NCBI GenBank assembly: GCA_035535155.1 | Contig: DATLQP010000291.1 | Coordinates: forward strand, 10,019-74,018 | DNA length: 64,000 nt | DNA from: Propionibacteriaceae bacterium | Lineage (GTDB): Bacteria > Actinomycetota > Actinomycetes > Propionibacteriales > Propionibacteriaceae | Direction: 5' to 3' | Part shown: piece by piece, positions 9,800 to 19,355 of the stretch | How the letters are laid out: the number at the start of each line of letters is the position of its first letter | How positions within the stretch are numbered: the first letter of the stretch is position 1 | Position numbers and translations under genes: made by a program | Notes under the pieces: generated by a model | Seen by the model: the letters and a program-made list of their open reading frames with translations, nothing else | The model's database searches: none | What the model was told of the DNA's origin: nothing

Positions 9800-10890
9800 C
9801 GGCCGGCCGCCGCGGATAGCGCTAACTGTTCCCGAGCCTCACGACGCAGCTGAGCACCCTCGGTATGCACCAGCTCGACGATCATGGCGAGCACCGCAGG
9901 ATCTGTCTCCGGGGGCACGCCATGCCCGAGATTGAAGATGTGGCCAGGCGCGACGGCACCCGAGGTGACGACCTCGCGGACCCGCTCGGACAGCACCCGC
10001 CACGGAGCCGACAGCAGTGCAGGATCGAGATTTCCCTGTAGCGCATAGCGCTGCCCGACCCGGCGACTCGCGTCCGCAAGTGGCAACCTCCAGTCCACCC
10101 CGATGACCTCGGCGCCGGCAGCGCCCATCAGCTCGAGCAGCTCAGCCGTACCCACGCCGAAGTGAATCCGCGGCACTCCGGTATGAGCCAGCGCCTCCAG
10201 TACACGGGCCGAGTAGGGCTGAGCGTACCGCCGGTAGTCTGCCGCGCTCAGGCTGCCAGCCCAGGAGTCGAACAGCTGCACGATCGTGGCTCCCGCTTCG
10301 ACCTGGGTCTGGAGGAAAACCGCGGACAGATCGGCCAGCCGCGTACACATCTCGTGCCACAGCGACGGCTCACTGATCATCAAGGCCTTCGTCGCGGCGT
10401 AGTCACGACTCGGACCGCCCTCGACGAGATAGCTGGCGAGAGTGAAGGGTGCACCGGCAAAGCCGATCAGCGGGACATTGCCGAGGTCGTCGATGATCAG
10501 CCCGACCGCATCCGTGACGTACCACAAAGCTGCCGGATCGAGCGGTTGAACCTGCTCCAGATCGGCCGCCGAGCGGACGGGATCCGCGATCACGGGACCG
10601 CGACCAGAGACAATGTCCAGGTCCACCCCGGCCGCCTTGAGCGGCAGCATGATGTCGGAGTAGAGAATCGCCGCGTCGACCCCGTAGCGGCGTACGGGCT
10701 GAAGGGTGATCTCGGCCACCAGCTCCGGACGCATGCAGCTTTCGAGCATGCCGATGCCCTCCCGGCTCGCTCGATACTCCGGCAGCGAACGCCCGGCTTG
10801 TCGCATGAACCACACCGGTACCCGGTCGTCCGGGTGCATCTTGCGGCATACGGCTATCAGCAGAGGCATATCGGGAGCCAGAGCGGGCAC
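9796..10890 (-). CDS. hemE: Uroporphyrinogen decarboxylase
   Basis: [54 protein letters not shown]. Confidence 0.97.
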   Translation of the reverse strand: MPALAPDMPLLIAVCRKMHPDDRVPVWFMRQAGRSLPEYRASREGIGMLESCMRPELVAEITLQPVRRYGVDAAILYSDIMLPLKAAGVDLDIVSGRGPVIADPVRSAADLEQVQPLDPAALWYVTDAVGLIIDDLGNVPLIGFAGAPFTLASYLVEGGPSRDYAATKALMISEPSLWHEMCTRLADLSAVFLQTQVEAGATIVQLFDSWAGSLSAADYRRYAQPYSARVLEALAHTGVPRIHFGVGTAELLELMGAAGAEVIGVDWRLPLADASRRVGQRYALQGNLDPALLSAPWRVLSERVREVVTSGAVAPGHIFNLGHGVPPETDPAVLAMIVELVHTEGAQLRREAREQLALSAAAGR

Positions 10891-10965
10891 TCGTGAATCT
10901 TTTCACGGTCAGGGAAGTCGGCGCGTCGAATGAGTCGCCTACGGGCAGCCGAATACGCTCGACGG

Positions 10966-11595
10966 ATGGCAGCGAAAAGCGACGCGGCTGGTGGAAACGT
11001 CACGGGCGCCCCCGACGCGTTTCATCGGGCCGTCGAGGACCTGACGTCGGCACCGTGGCGCTCGGAGTTGCATGTCGAGGAACTCCCTGCCCCACAGCGC
11101 ATAGCGCCATATTCGGCGGCGGTAACCGCTGACGTGCTGGTGAACGGCGAAGAGCTGGGCAGCGGTCGATTCGTCCTGCTGCACGATCCGGCCGGCAATA
11201 CGGCCTGGCAGGGCACGTTTCGCTGCGTCACCTTCGCGCGTGCCGATATCGACCCGGAGATGGTCACAGATTCGTTGCTTCCCAGCGTGGGCTGGTCGTG
11301 GCTAGTCGATGCGCTGGAGAGCAACAACGCTGATTACGACGCACCGAGTGGGACTGTGACGTCGGTCTCCAGCGACTCCTTCGGAGGAATGGCGTCAGAG
11401 CCATCGCGAGCCGAGATCGAGATCCGTGCCTCCTGGACTCCCAAGCTGCTTGCCGACGGAACCGGACTGAGCCCTCACCTGGCTGGCTGGGCTGAACTAC
11501 TCTGTACGCTAGCGGGTCTGCCACCGCTGCCCGCCGGGGTGGTGATGATGCCTTCTCGGCGCAAACCGCCGAGCCGAAGTTCCCGGAGACATTGA
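10966..11595 (+). CDS. DUF3000 family protein
   Basis: LPAPQRIAPYS, GRFVLLHDP, VGWSWL, EIRASWTP; usual position between hemE and rnd; start set by TACGCT 6 nt before ATG 10966. Confidence 0.85.
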   Translation: MAAKSDAAGGNVTGAPDAFHRAVEDLTSAPWRSELHVEELPAPQRIAPYSAAVTADVLVNGEELGSGRFVLLHDPAGNTAWQGTFRCVTFARADIDPEMVTDSLLPSVGWSWLVDALESNNADYDAPSGTVTSVSSDSFGGMASEPSRAEIEIRASWTPKLLADGTGLSPHLAGWAELLCTLAGLPPLPAGVVMMPSRRKPPSRSSRRH

Positions 11596-12863
11596 CCGAA
11601 GTACCGCTTACCGCGCCTGATCTTGATCAGGAAGCGGAGCTGCTCACCACGCCTGCGGAGGGCGTGCCAGCGATCCTCACCACTCCGGAAGCCTTGCATC
11701 ACACCATTGCTGCCCTCCGCACCGGAACCGGGCCAATTGCGGTGGACGCCGAACGCGCGCACGGGTTTCGCTACAGCCAGCGCGCCTATCTCATTCAACT
11801 GCGCCGCGCCGGATCGGGCACGCATCTGCTCGATCCGATCGCGTTCGGGCAGCCAGCCGACCTCTCCGCGCTCGGTGATGCACTGTCCGACGCGGAGTGG
11901 GTCATCCACGCAGCCAGTCAGGACTTGCCGTGTTTGTACGAGGTCGGCCTCGTTCCGACCACGCTGTTCGACACCGAGCTCGCCGCCCGGCTGCTTAATT
12001 ACCCTCGGGTGGCCCTGGGCACCATGATCGAAGAGCTGCTCGGCGTACGGCTGCTGAAGGAGCACTCGGCATCGGACTGGTCGCGCAGACCGCTGCCGGA
12101 AGAATGGCTGATCTACGCCGCCCTGGACGTCGAGCTCTTGATTGAACTGCGTGACCGGCTGGAGGTCCGGCTCGCCGAAACCGGAAAGTGGTCATGGGCC
12201 GAGCAGGAGTTCGCGGCACTGGTGGCAAGTGCTGGAATCAGCCCTGAACCGCGACGTGATCCCTGGCGACGCACGTCTGGCATCCATCACATACACAGCC
12301 GTCGTGGCCTCGCGTACGTCGCGGAGCTGTGGTACGCCCGTGACGCGATAGCCCAGCGGCTGGACCGGGCACCGAGCAAGATCCTGCCAGACATAGCGAT
12401 CACCGAATTGGCCGCCACCAAGCACCCGGATCGCGCCACGCTCCGTCAGATTCCCGCATTCTCACGCCGCCAGGCCAAGCGAGCCGAGATCAGCTGGCTG
12501 GATGCGCTCGGCGTCGCAGCGCGGTTGCCCGAGAGCGCGCTCCCGCCTATGCATATTCCCAACCATGGGCCACCCCAGTCGCGGCTCTGGCCGGCAAAGA
12601 ATCCTGGCGCGGCCTCCCGGCTGGCCGCCGTACGTGCCGCGCTGTTGACCATTGCCGAGCGGTACGAGCTGCCGGTGGAAAATCTCATCACACCCGAACA
12701 TCTACGCCGTTTGGCATGGCGTCCGCCGACGCCAGCGACCGAGGATTCAGTCGAACAGGCGTTGGCCGATCTTGGTGCGCGGCCCTGGCAGCGCGAGCTG
12801 ACCGTGGCAGCCATTACTCCCCTGCTGGCTGCAAGTCCCGATAGGACTCAGCCAACAAGCTGA
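11592..12863 (+). CDS. rnd: Ribonuclease D (3'-5' exonuclease plus HRDC domain)
   Basis: AVDAERA (ExoI DxE), HAASQDL, FDTELA, YAALDVE; HRDC-like region WYARDAIAQRLDRAPSKILPD. Confidence 0.9.
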   Translation: MTEVPLTAPDLDQEAELLTTPAEGVPAILTTPEALHHTIAALRTGTGPIAVDAERAHGFRYSQRAYLIQLRRAGSGTHLLDPIAFGQPADLSALGDALSDAEWVIHAASQDLPCLYEVGLVPTTLFDTELAARLLNYPRVALGTMIEELLGVRLLKEHSASDWSRRPLPEEWLIYAALDVELLIELRDRLEVRLAETGKWSWAEQEFAALVASAGISPEPRRDPWRRTSGIHHIHSRRGLAYVAELWYARDAIAQRLDRAPSKILPDIAITELAATKHPDRATLRQIPAFSRRQAKRAEISWLDALGVAARLPESALPPMHIPNHGPPQSRLWPAKNPGAASRLAAVRAALLTIAERYELPVENLITPEHLRRLAWRPPTPATEDSVEQALADLGARPWQRELTVAAITPLLAASPDRTQPTS

Positions 12864-14310
12864 CGCCCTGCTCGATCGCGCGGACCGGAGTTGCTGCATA
12901 ACCGAGTACCAAGCCCGGCTGGTGCGGCGTTTGACAGTGCCAGGACAGCGGCTGCACCTTGACACCGCGGCCGAAGGCTGCAGCTGCAAGATCAACATCA
13001 GAAAGCCCGTCGGTGAAGTTGATCATGAGATGTAAGCCCGCGGCGGCACCCTGGAGTCGCGCCTCGGGCAGCTCACGCCGTAAGGCGGCGATCATGGCGT
13101 CGCGCCGACGCCGGTGACGTCGTCGCACCAGGCGCAGATGTCGATCGAGATCACCCGACTCCATCAGGTGCGCTAGCACCAGCTGAGGCAACACGGCGTT
13201 GCCAAGGTCGGCGTCGCGCTTTGCCAGAACGGCTGCCCGGTGGTAGCGGGACGGCACCAGCAGCCAGCCCACTCGCAGCGCAGGTGCCAGGAGCTTCGAG
13301 ACACTGCCCGCGTAACAGACCCGCTCCGGCGCCACCGCGCGGAGCGAGGCCACTGGCGCGCGGTCGTAGCGGTGCTCCGCGTCGTAGTCGTCCTCGATGA
13401 TCAAGCCACCGTCCTCCGCCCAGCCGAGCAGTTCCCGGCGGCGCTCGCCCGAAAGCACGACGCCGGTCGGAAACTGATGGGCGGGCGTCATCAGCACCGC
13501 CGATGCAGCGCTGCGGCGCAAGTGCTCGACAACCAGTCCGGCATCGTCGACCAGCACTGGCGGAGTGTCCACACCCCACGCCCGTAACTGTTCCCGGGCA
13601 CCCAGGGAGCCGGGATCCTCCACGGCAATCCGAGTGATCCCGGCCTGGCCGAGTACCCGGGCCAGCACAGCCAGCGCCTGCGCCACACCCGCCACGATGA
13701 TCACCTCAGCAGGATCGGCCTGAATGCCGCGGTTTCTGGCCAACCATCGAGTGACCGCGAGGCGGAAGGCCGGAGCACCGCTCGGATCCCCGTAGCCGAG
13801 GTCCGCAGCAGCGAAGTCCGCCAGCACCGTACGCTCGGCGCGAAGCCATGCGCTTCGTGGAAACGTGGTCAGGTCTGGCAGCCCAGGAAAAAGATCAATG
13901 GCCGCCGGCGCCGATCGGAGGAGGTCGAAGGTAGCGGCGCCCGGCGCCGGCTCGAAGAGATCAGCCGCTTCAGGGGCCGCCTTCGATGCCGGGCGATCTT
14001 CTTGGCCGGGTGCAGGGACCGCCGCTATGACCGTTCCCGCTCGCGCGTGGCCGACGACTTGCCCGTTCTCGCTGAGTCGCTGGTACGCCTCGGTCACCAC
14101 CCCGCGGGATACCTGCAACTCCGCCGCCAGTACCCGACTGGCGGGAAGTCGGCTGCCGGTCGGCAGCCGCCCGTCGGCTATCGCGCCGCGCACCTCCCCG
14201 ACCAACCAATCGGAAAGCCCGCCCGCCCGAGCCCGAGATGGATCGAGCTGCAAGAAGTCCGAGAAGCCTCTTTTGGCCCTTTCATTTATGGCCTCAATGG
14301 ACCTGTTCAT
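12814..14310 (-). CDS. MocR/GabR family regulator (GntR HTH plus PLP-dependent aminotransferase-like domain)
   Basis: GSRLPASRVLAAELQVSRGVVTEAYQRL HTH, TPAHQFPTG, IIEDDYDAEHRY, GSVSKLLAPALRVGW with the PLP lysine. Confidence 0.93.
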   Translation of the reverse strand: MNRSIEAINERAKRGFSDFLQLDPSRARAGGLSDWLVGEVRGAIADGRLPTGSRLPASRVLAAELQVSRGVVTEAYQRLSENGQVVGHARAGTVIAAVPAPGQEDRPASKAAPEAADLFEPAPGAATFDLLRSAPAAIDLFPGLPDLTTFPRSAWLRAERTVLADFAAADLGYGDPSGAPAFRLAVTRWLARNRGIQADPAEVIIVAGVAQALAVLARVLGQAGITRIAVEDPGSLGAREQLRAWGVDTPPVLVDDAGLVVEHLRRSAASAVLMTPAHQFPTGVVLSGERRRELLGWAEDGGLIIEDDYDAEHRYDRAPVASLRAVAPERVCYAGSVSKLLAPALRVGWLLVPSRYHRAAVLAKRDADLGNAVLPQLVLAHLMESGDLDRHLRLVRRRHRRRRDAMIAALRRELPEARLQGAAAGLHLMINFTDGLSDVDLAAAAFGRGVKVQPLSWHCQTPHQPGLVLGYAATPVRAIEQGVSLLAESYRDLQPAGE

Positions 14311-14318
14311 TAGTCCAT
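14288..14318. promoter_or_regulatory. Candidate MocR operator: four ATGGAC-like half-sites
   Basis: Minus strand reads ATGGAC-ta-ATGAAC-ag-GTCCAT-tga-GGCCAT (two direct then two inverted half-sites) across the regulator start codon. Confidence 0.6.
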
Positions 14319-14339
14319 CGTTGCAGCAGGGTGGAACTC

Positions 14340-15308
14340 GTGCCAAGCACCCCTGAGACGCGACGTTTTTCCACGGGATTCGTTCTCGGGCTCTTCGCCA
14401 TGACGCTGGTGGGCGGAAGCGTGGCCGTCTCCGGTGCCTTGGGCGACGCTCCGTTGTTCACCGCCCAGGCCATTCGATATGCGATAGCCGCTGGGCTGCT
14501 GGCGCTCATCGCGCGCATGGCGCGGGTGCGAGTCGTTCGCCCACGCGGAGCCGAATGGCTGTGGTTGACCGGTATCGCTGCGACTGGGCTGGTGTTGTTC
14601 AACGTCGCCGTGATCCGCGGCGTCGCTCATGCGGAGCCGGCAACGATCGCGGTCGCAGTCGCCTGCGTACCTGTCGTCATCGGGTTGGTCGGGCCATTGC
14701 TCGATGGGCAGCGCCCGGCTCGCCGGGTGATCCTTGCGGCTGTCGTCGTCACCCTGGGCGGCGTCATTGTCGAAGGCGCCGGCCGTACTGACGCTGCTGG
14801 CGTTGCCTGGGCCGTGGTCGCGCTGCTGTGCGAGGCAGCGTTCACGCTCCTGGCGGTTCCGGTGTTGCGTCGTCAGGGCGCCTGGGGCGTCTCCCTGCAC
14901 ACCGTGTGGATCGGCACAGTCATGCTTGTGCTGCTCGCCATGCTGGCCGAGGGACCCCAGTCCGCCCTCCGGCTCCACTCCGACGATTGGGTTGCCATCG
15001 GCTATCTGGCTTTGATGGTCACGGCCGTCGCCTTCCTGTGCTGGTACAGCTGCGTCGCGATCATCGGTTCCGGTCGGGCCGGCCTCCTCACTGGCGTAGC
15101 ACCACCGGCCGCGGCCTTCGCTGGCGCGGCGACTATCCGCCAGCTTCCGGCGCTGCCCGTTTGGCTGGGCATCGGCGTGGTCTGCATCGGCCTGGCGATC
15201 GGCCTCGGCTTTCGACGTACACGATCATCCAGTGAGACCGAAAGTCCGCACACAAAGCGCCACAAGCGGCTGCGCCCTTCATCAGCCGTCATAGTTACTG
15301 ATGAGTAA
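14340..15308 (+). CDS. EamA/DMT family transporter
   Basis: About 10 hydrophobic segments in two EamA repeats; QAIRYAIA, GLVLFNV, TAVAFLCWY; divergent from the MocR gene; start uncertain (GTG 14331 or 14340). Confidence 0.85.
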   Translation: MPSTPETRRFSTGFVLGLFAMTLVGGSVAVSGALGDAPLFTAQAIRYAIAAGLLALIARMARVRVVRPRGAEWLWLTGIAATGLVLFNVAVIRGVAHAEPATIAVAVACVPVVIGLVGPLLDGQRPARRVILAAVVVTLGGVIVEGAGRTDAAGVAWAVVALLCEAAFTLLAVPVLRRQGAWGVSLHTVWIGTVMLVLLAMLAEGPQSALRLHSDDWVAIGYLALMVTAVAFLCWYSCVAIIGSGRAGLLTGVAPPAAAFAGAATIRQLPALPVWLGIGVVCIGLAIGLGFRRTRSSSETESPHTKRHKRLRPSSAVIVTDE

Positions 15309-15311
15309 TAT
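15295..15311 (+). promoter_or_regulatory. TTACT-N4-AGTAA palindrome overlapping the leaderless -10 (TAATAT) of fadA
   Basis: TTACTGATGAGTAA at 15295-15308; TAATAT at 15306-15311 is 6 nt before ATG 15318. Confidence 0.6.
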
Positions 15312-15317
15312 TTTGGT

Positions 15318-16526
15318 ATGGCTCGTGAGAATCGGGATGTCGTCTTTGTCGACGGCGTGCGTACCCCCTTCGGCAAGGCCGGCTCCATGTACGCCGAGAC
15401 GAGAGCGGACGATCTCGTCGTCGATTGCATTCGAGAGCTGTTGCGGCGCCATCCGGAGCTGCCACCGGAACGCGTCGACGATGTCGCGATCGCGGCTACC
15501 ACCCAGACCGGCGACCAGGGCCTGACCATTGGGCGTTCGGCGGCGTTGCTTGCCGGACTTCCGCGTTCAGTACCCGGCTTTGCGATCGACCGGATGTGCG
15601 CAGGCGCTATGACCGCAGTAACGACGACAGCCTCAGGAATCGCCTTCGGCGCGTACGACGTCGCCATCGCCGGAGGCGTGGAGCACATGGGCCGGCATCC
15701 CATGGGTCAGGGCATCGACCCGAATCCCAGGATCGTCACCGAGAAGCTGGTCGACCAGTCCGCGTTGATCATGGGATCCACCGCGGAGAATCTCCATGAT
15801 CGTTTTCCGGGGATCACGAAGGACCGGGCCGACGCCTTCGCAGCGCTCAGCCAGCAGCGCGTACAGAGTGCGTATGACGCGGGCGTGATACAGGAGTCGC
15901 TTGTTGCTGTCGCGACGCCGAGCTCCGAGCTTGGTTGGGGGCTGGCGGTAACAGATGAGCAGCCGCGACCAGGCACCACCGTGGAGGCGTTGGCGGCTCT
16001 TCGCACTCCCTTCCGCCCCCACGGGCGCGTCACAGCCGGCAACGCGGCAGGCCTCAACGATGGAGCGACTGCCTGCCTGCTGGCAGCCGAGACTGTCGCC
16101 GCCGAGTTGGGTCTACCAGTAGCCATGAGACTGGTCTCGTTCGCGTTCGCCGGTGTGGATCCCGAGGTCATGGGAGTCGGGCCGATCCCGGCAACGGAGA
16201 AGGCATTGAAGAAGGCTGGGCTGTCGATCAATGACATCGGCGCCTTCGAGATCAACGAAGCGTTCGCAGTCCAGGTACTCGCTTTCTGTGATCATTTCGG
16301 ACTCGCCGCAGATGATCAGCGGATCAATCCGTACGGCGGTGCGATCGCCCTCGGCCATCCGCTCGCCAGCTCCGGGGTCCGACTCATGATCCACCTGGCG
16401 CGGGCGTTCCGGGAGCACCCGGAAGTCCGCTATGGGATCACTACGATGTGCATCGGTCTCGGCATGGGCGGCACCGTGATCTGGGAGAATCCCCACTTCG
16501 GCTCCGAGGTCGAGGCGGCAGCGTGA
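15318..16526 (+). CDS. fadA: Acetyl-CoA C-acyltransferase (3-ketoacyl-CoA thiolase)
   Basis: GVRTPFGK, IDRMCAGA catalytic Cys, NEAFA, GHPLASSG, TMCIGLGMG. Confidence 0.95.
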   Translation: MARENRDVVFVDGVRTPFGKAGSMYAETRADDLVVDCIRELLRRHPELPPERVDDVAIAATTQTGDQGLTIGRSAALLAGLPRSVPGFAIDRMCAGAMTAVTTTASGIAFGAYDVAIAGGVEHMGRHPMGQGIDPNPRIVTEKLVDQSALIMGSTAENLHDRFPGITKDRADAFAALSQQRVQSAYDAGVIQESLVAVATPSSELGWGLAVTDEQPRPGTTVEALAALRTPFRPHGRVTAGNAAGLNDGATACLLAAETVAAELGLPVAMRLVSFAFAGVDPEVMGVGPIPATEKALKKAGLSINDIGAFEINEAFAVQVLAFCDHFGLAADDQRINPYGGAIALGHPLASSGVRLMIHLARAFREHPEVRYGITTMCIGLGMGGTVIWENPHFGSEVEAAA

Positions 16527-18655
16527 GAACCGATGAGCTCGATGAATTGATCGCCGCGGCTTCGGCTAGCAGCGAGGCCGAGGTCGTGACCCGTGCCCTG
16601 AGCCGAGATATCATCCTGCCCCGCACAGCCGGAACAGCGGTGTTGATCACACTGGACAACGGGCGTGGTCCCTCTCGGCCGAATACCTTGGGTGCGGGTG
16701 GTCTCGGTGAGTTGAATCGAGCACTCGATGCGGCACTCGCGCGCAGTGACGTAGCCGCGATCGCGATCACCGGAAAGCCCTTCATGCTGGCCGCAGGCGC
16801 CGACCTCACCGGATTTGCCAAGATCGTCAACCGCCAGCAGGCGCTGGCCATCGCCAGGATCGGGCATGCCGTTTTCGACAAGCTGGCTACGTCCCCGGTG
16901 CCGACATTCGCCTTTCTCAACGGGCTCGCGCTGGGCGGTGGTCTGGAGCTCACCCTGCACTGCCACTACCGGACGGTCTCCGCTGCCGCCTCGGGAATCG
17001 CTCTACCGGAAACGTCACTAAGCCTAGTTCCGGGTTGGGGCGGGGCGTACATCGTGCCCAACCTGATCGGTGCCGACCGGGCCGTTCAGCTGATCATCGA
17101 GAATCCACTCAACCAGAACAGGATGCTGAGCGGCGCTCAGGCGTACGAGCTCGGCCTGGCGGACGCCATCTTCGATGGCGCCGACTTCCTAGCTCGCTCG
17201 CTGGACTGGGCGGGTCACATCGTCGCAGGCTCGCAGACCGTGTCACGACCCGACATCGATCGCGGGACGGCCTGGGATGCGGCGCTTGCAGCAGCTCGCA
17301 GCTTCGTTGACAGCAAAGTCTCCGGCGCCTCCCCAGGGCCGTATCGGGCGCTTGAGTTGATGGCGGCCGCAAAGACCGCAGACCGGGCTGCGGCGTACGC
17401 CGCCGAGGACCAAGCGCTCGCGGATCTGATCATGAGTCCGGAACTGCGAGCCAGCCTGTACGCGTTCGATCTTGTTCAGAAGCGGGCCAGGAAACCAGCA
17501 GGTGCTCCTGATGCGACACTGGCCCGACCGGTGACCAAGATCGGAGTCGTCGGCGCCGGCTTGATGGCCAGCCAGCTCGCCGTGCTCTTCCTGCGCCGGC
17601 TGCAGGTACCGGTGGTGATCACTGATCTTGATCAAGAGCGGGTCGACAAAGGCCTGGGCTATGTCACGGCCGAGATCGACAAACTACGTGCCAAACGGCG
17701 AATCTCCTCCGATGCGGCAAACCGGCTGCAGGCGCTGATATCGGGCACCACCGAGCTGATCGACTTCGCCGACTGCGACTTCGTCATCGAGGCGGTCTTC
17801 GAGGAGATGTCGATCAAAAAGCAAGTGCTCGCCGATCTTGAAAAGCATGTCTCCAATAATTGCGTACTGGCTACTAACACGTCCTCGCTATCCGTCGCAG
17901 AGATGGCCGCCGATCTTGATCATCGCGAGCGGGTCGTCGGCTTCCACTTCTTCAACCCCGTGGCGGTCATGCCGCTGGTTGAGATCGTCCGCGGTCCCGC
18001 GACCGAGGAGGACACTCTGGCGACGGCATTGGACGTCGCGAAGGCGCTGAAGAAGACTGCCGTGGTCGTCAAGGATGCGGCCGGTTTCGTGGTGAACCGG
18101 ATCCTGCTCCGGTTGATGGCTGAGATCTTCGCGACCGTCGACGAGGGAACCCCGGTCGAAGTGGCCGATGTCGCGCTGCGACCGCTCGGCCTGCCCATGC
18201 CGCCGTACGTCCTGCTTCAGCTGGTCGGTCCGGCTGTTGCCCTGCACGTGGTGGAGAATCTGCAGGCAGCCTTTGGCGATCGCTTCCCGATCTCGCAGAA
18301 TCTGCAGGCATTGGTGGCCTCCGGAAGGCCCGGCATCTACGACTGGACCGCCGACGGCCAGCCCTATGTGAGCAAGGAGACGGCCGAGCTGTTCGTCGTC
18401 GGCGACCGGCCAAGCACCGCAGGGCAGGTTCGCGAGCGGGCTCTGCACGCCGTGGCATCCGAGATCGGCCTGATGTTGGACGAGGATGTTGTTGCCGCGC
18501 CTATGGATATCGATCTATGCCTGATTCTGGGCGCCGGCTGGCCCTTCCACCTCGGCGGCATCACGCCGTATCTCGACCGGGAGGGCATCTCGGAACGGAT
18601 ACTGGGCCGCCGCTTCCTGCCACTCGGAGTCGCCTCAGTGCCTATTGGCTCCTAG
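16523..18655 (+). CDS. fadB: Fatty-acid oxidation multifunctional enzyme (enoyl-CoA hydratase / 3-hydroxyacyl-CoA dehydrogenase)
   Basis: AAGADL, LGGGLE and LPE hydratase motifs; VVGAGLM, EAVFE, NTSS, HFFNP dehydrogenase motifs; GTG overlaps the fadA stop. Confidence 0.92.
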   Translation: MRTDELDELIAAASASSEAEVVTRALSRDIILPRTAGTAVLITLDNGRGPSRPNTLGAGGLGELNRALDAALARSDVAAIAITGKPFMLAAGADLTGFAKIVNRQQALAIARIGHAVFDKLATSPVPTFAFLNGLALGGGLELTLHCHYRTVSAAASGIALPETSLSLVPGWGGAYIVPNLIGADRAVQLIIENPLNQNRMLSGAQAYELGLADAIFDGADFLARSLDWAGHIVAGSQTVSRPDIDRGTAWDAALAAARSFVDSKVSGASPGPYRALELMAAAKTADRAAAYAAEDQALADLIMSPELRASLYAFDLVQKRARKPAGAPDATLARPVTKIGVVGAGLMASQLAVLFLRRLQVPVVITDLDQERVDKGLGYVTAEIDKLRAKRRISSDAANRLQALISGTTELIDFADCDFVIEAVFEEMSIKKQVLADLEKHVSNNCVLATNTSSLSVAEMAADLDHRERVVGFHFFNPVAVMPLVEIVRGPATEEDTLATALDVAKALKKTAVVVKDAAGFVVNRILLRLMAEIFATVDEGTPVEVADVALRPLGLPMPPYVLLQLVGPAVALHVVENLQAAFGDRFPISQNLQALVASGRPGIYDWTADGQPYVSKETAELFVVGDRPSTAGQVRERALHAVASEIGLMLDEDVVAAPMDIDLCLILGAGWPFHLGGITPYLDREGISERILGRRFLPLGVASVPIGS

Positions 18656-18660
18656 TGCGT

Positions 18661-18689
18661 TGCACACGCGAGTGTGCACTACGATCGTA
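18661..18689 (+). promoter_or_regulatory. Twin palindromes (candidate toxin-antitoxin autorepression operator) and leaderless -10
   Basis: TGCACAC-N4-GTGTGCA at 18661-18678 and TACGATCGTA at 18680-18689; TACGAT lies 7 nt before ATG 18693. Confidence 0.65.
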
Positions 18690-18692
18690 TTC

Positions 18693-18944
18693 ATGAATGT
18701 CGATCGCTTGTCCGTCGCCGTCCCAGCTGAGCTGGGTTCGGCAGTCCGCGAAGCCGCCACAAAGAGAGGCGTTAGCGTCTCGACTTGGATGAGCGAGGCA
18801 GCTGAGGCGATGTTGCGTAACCAACTGCTCGGCGAGGCGCTGGACGCGTGGCAAGCGGAGAACGGGGCATTTACCGAGGAAGAGCTCGAGGCTGCGGCCG
18901 CCATCTTGCATGGACAAGGTTCAACCAAGCGTCGTGCAGGCTGA
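18693..18944 (+). CDS. Ribbon-helix-helix antitoxin (VapB-like)
   Basis: 83 aa; RLSVAVPAELGSAVREAATKRGVSVSTWMSEA strand-helix-helix pattern with an acidic C-terminal helix; directly upstream of a PIN gene. Confidence 0.75.
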   Translation: MNVDRLSVAVPAELGSAVREAATKRGVSVSTWMSEAAEAMLRNQLLGEALDAWQAENGAFTEEELEAAAAILHGQGSTKRRAG

Positions 18945-18945
18945 G

Positions 18946-19323
18946 GTGGCGCTCATCCTGGATGCAGGCGCGCTGCTGGCGGTCGACCGTCGAAACCGGA
19001 TGGTCGGAGCGGTGTTGGAAGAGGCTCGCAGAGATCAATTAACCATCTCCACAAGCGCTGCTGCTCTCGCGCAGGTTTGGCGCAATGGAGCCCGCCAGGC
19101 GAACCTGCTCCCAGTTCTTCGTGGGATTGCAATCGCTTCGCTCGACCGCCTGGCGGCTCAACGCGTCGGTGAGCTTTTGGGAACAAGTAGAACTCGTGAC
19201 GTGGTCGATGCTCACGTCGCCTTGCTCGTTGATCCCGGCGACACAATCTTGACCAGCGAGGCGGCCGACCTCACCCGTCTCCTGCACACTCGCCACGTAC
19301 GGGCATCCGTGGTCCAGGTTTGA
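18946..19323 (+). CDS. PIN-domain protein (VapC-like toxin)
   Basis: LILDAGAL, VVDAHV and ILTSE-x-x-DL PIN-fold motifs; about 125 aa; starts 1 nt after the antitoxin stop. Confidence 0.8.
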   Translation: MALILDAGALLAVDRRNRMVGAVLEEARRDQLTISTSAAALAQVWRNGARQANLLPVLRGIAIASLDRLAAQRVGELLGTSRTRDVVDAHVALLVDPGDTILTSEAADLTRLLHTRHVRASVVQV

Positions 19324-19355
19324 CACCGATCCGTCAGAATCGCACCGAGCTCAAC

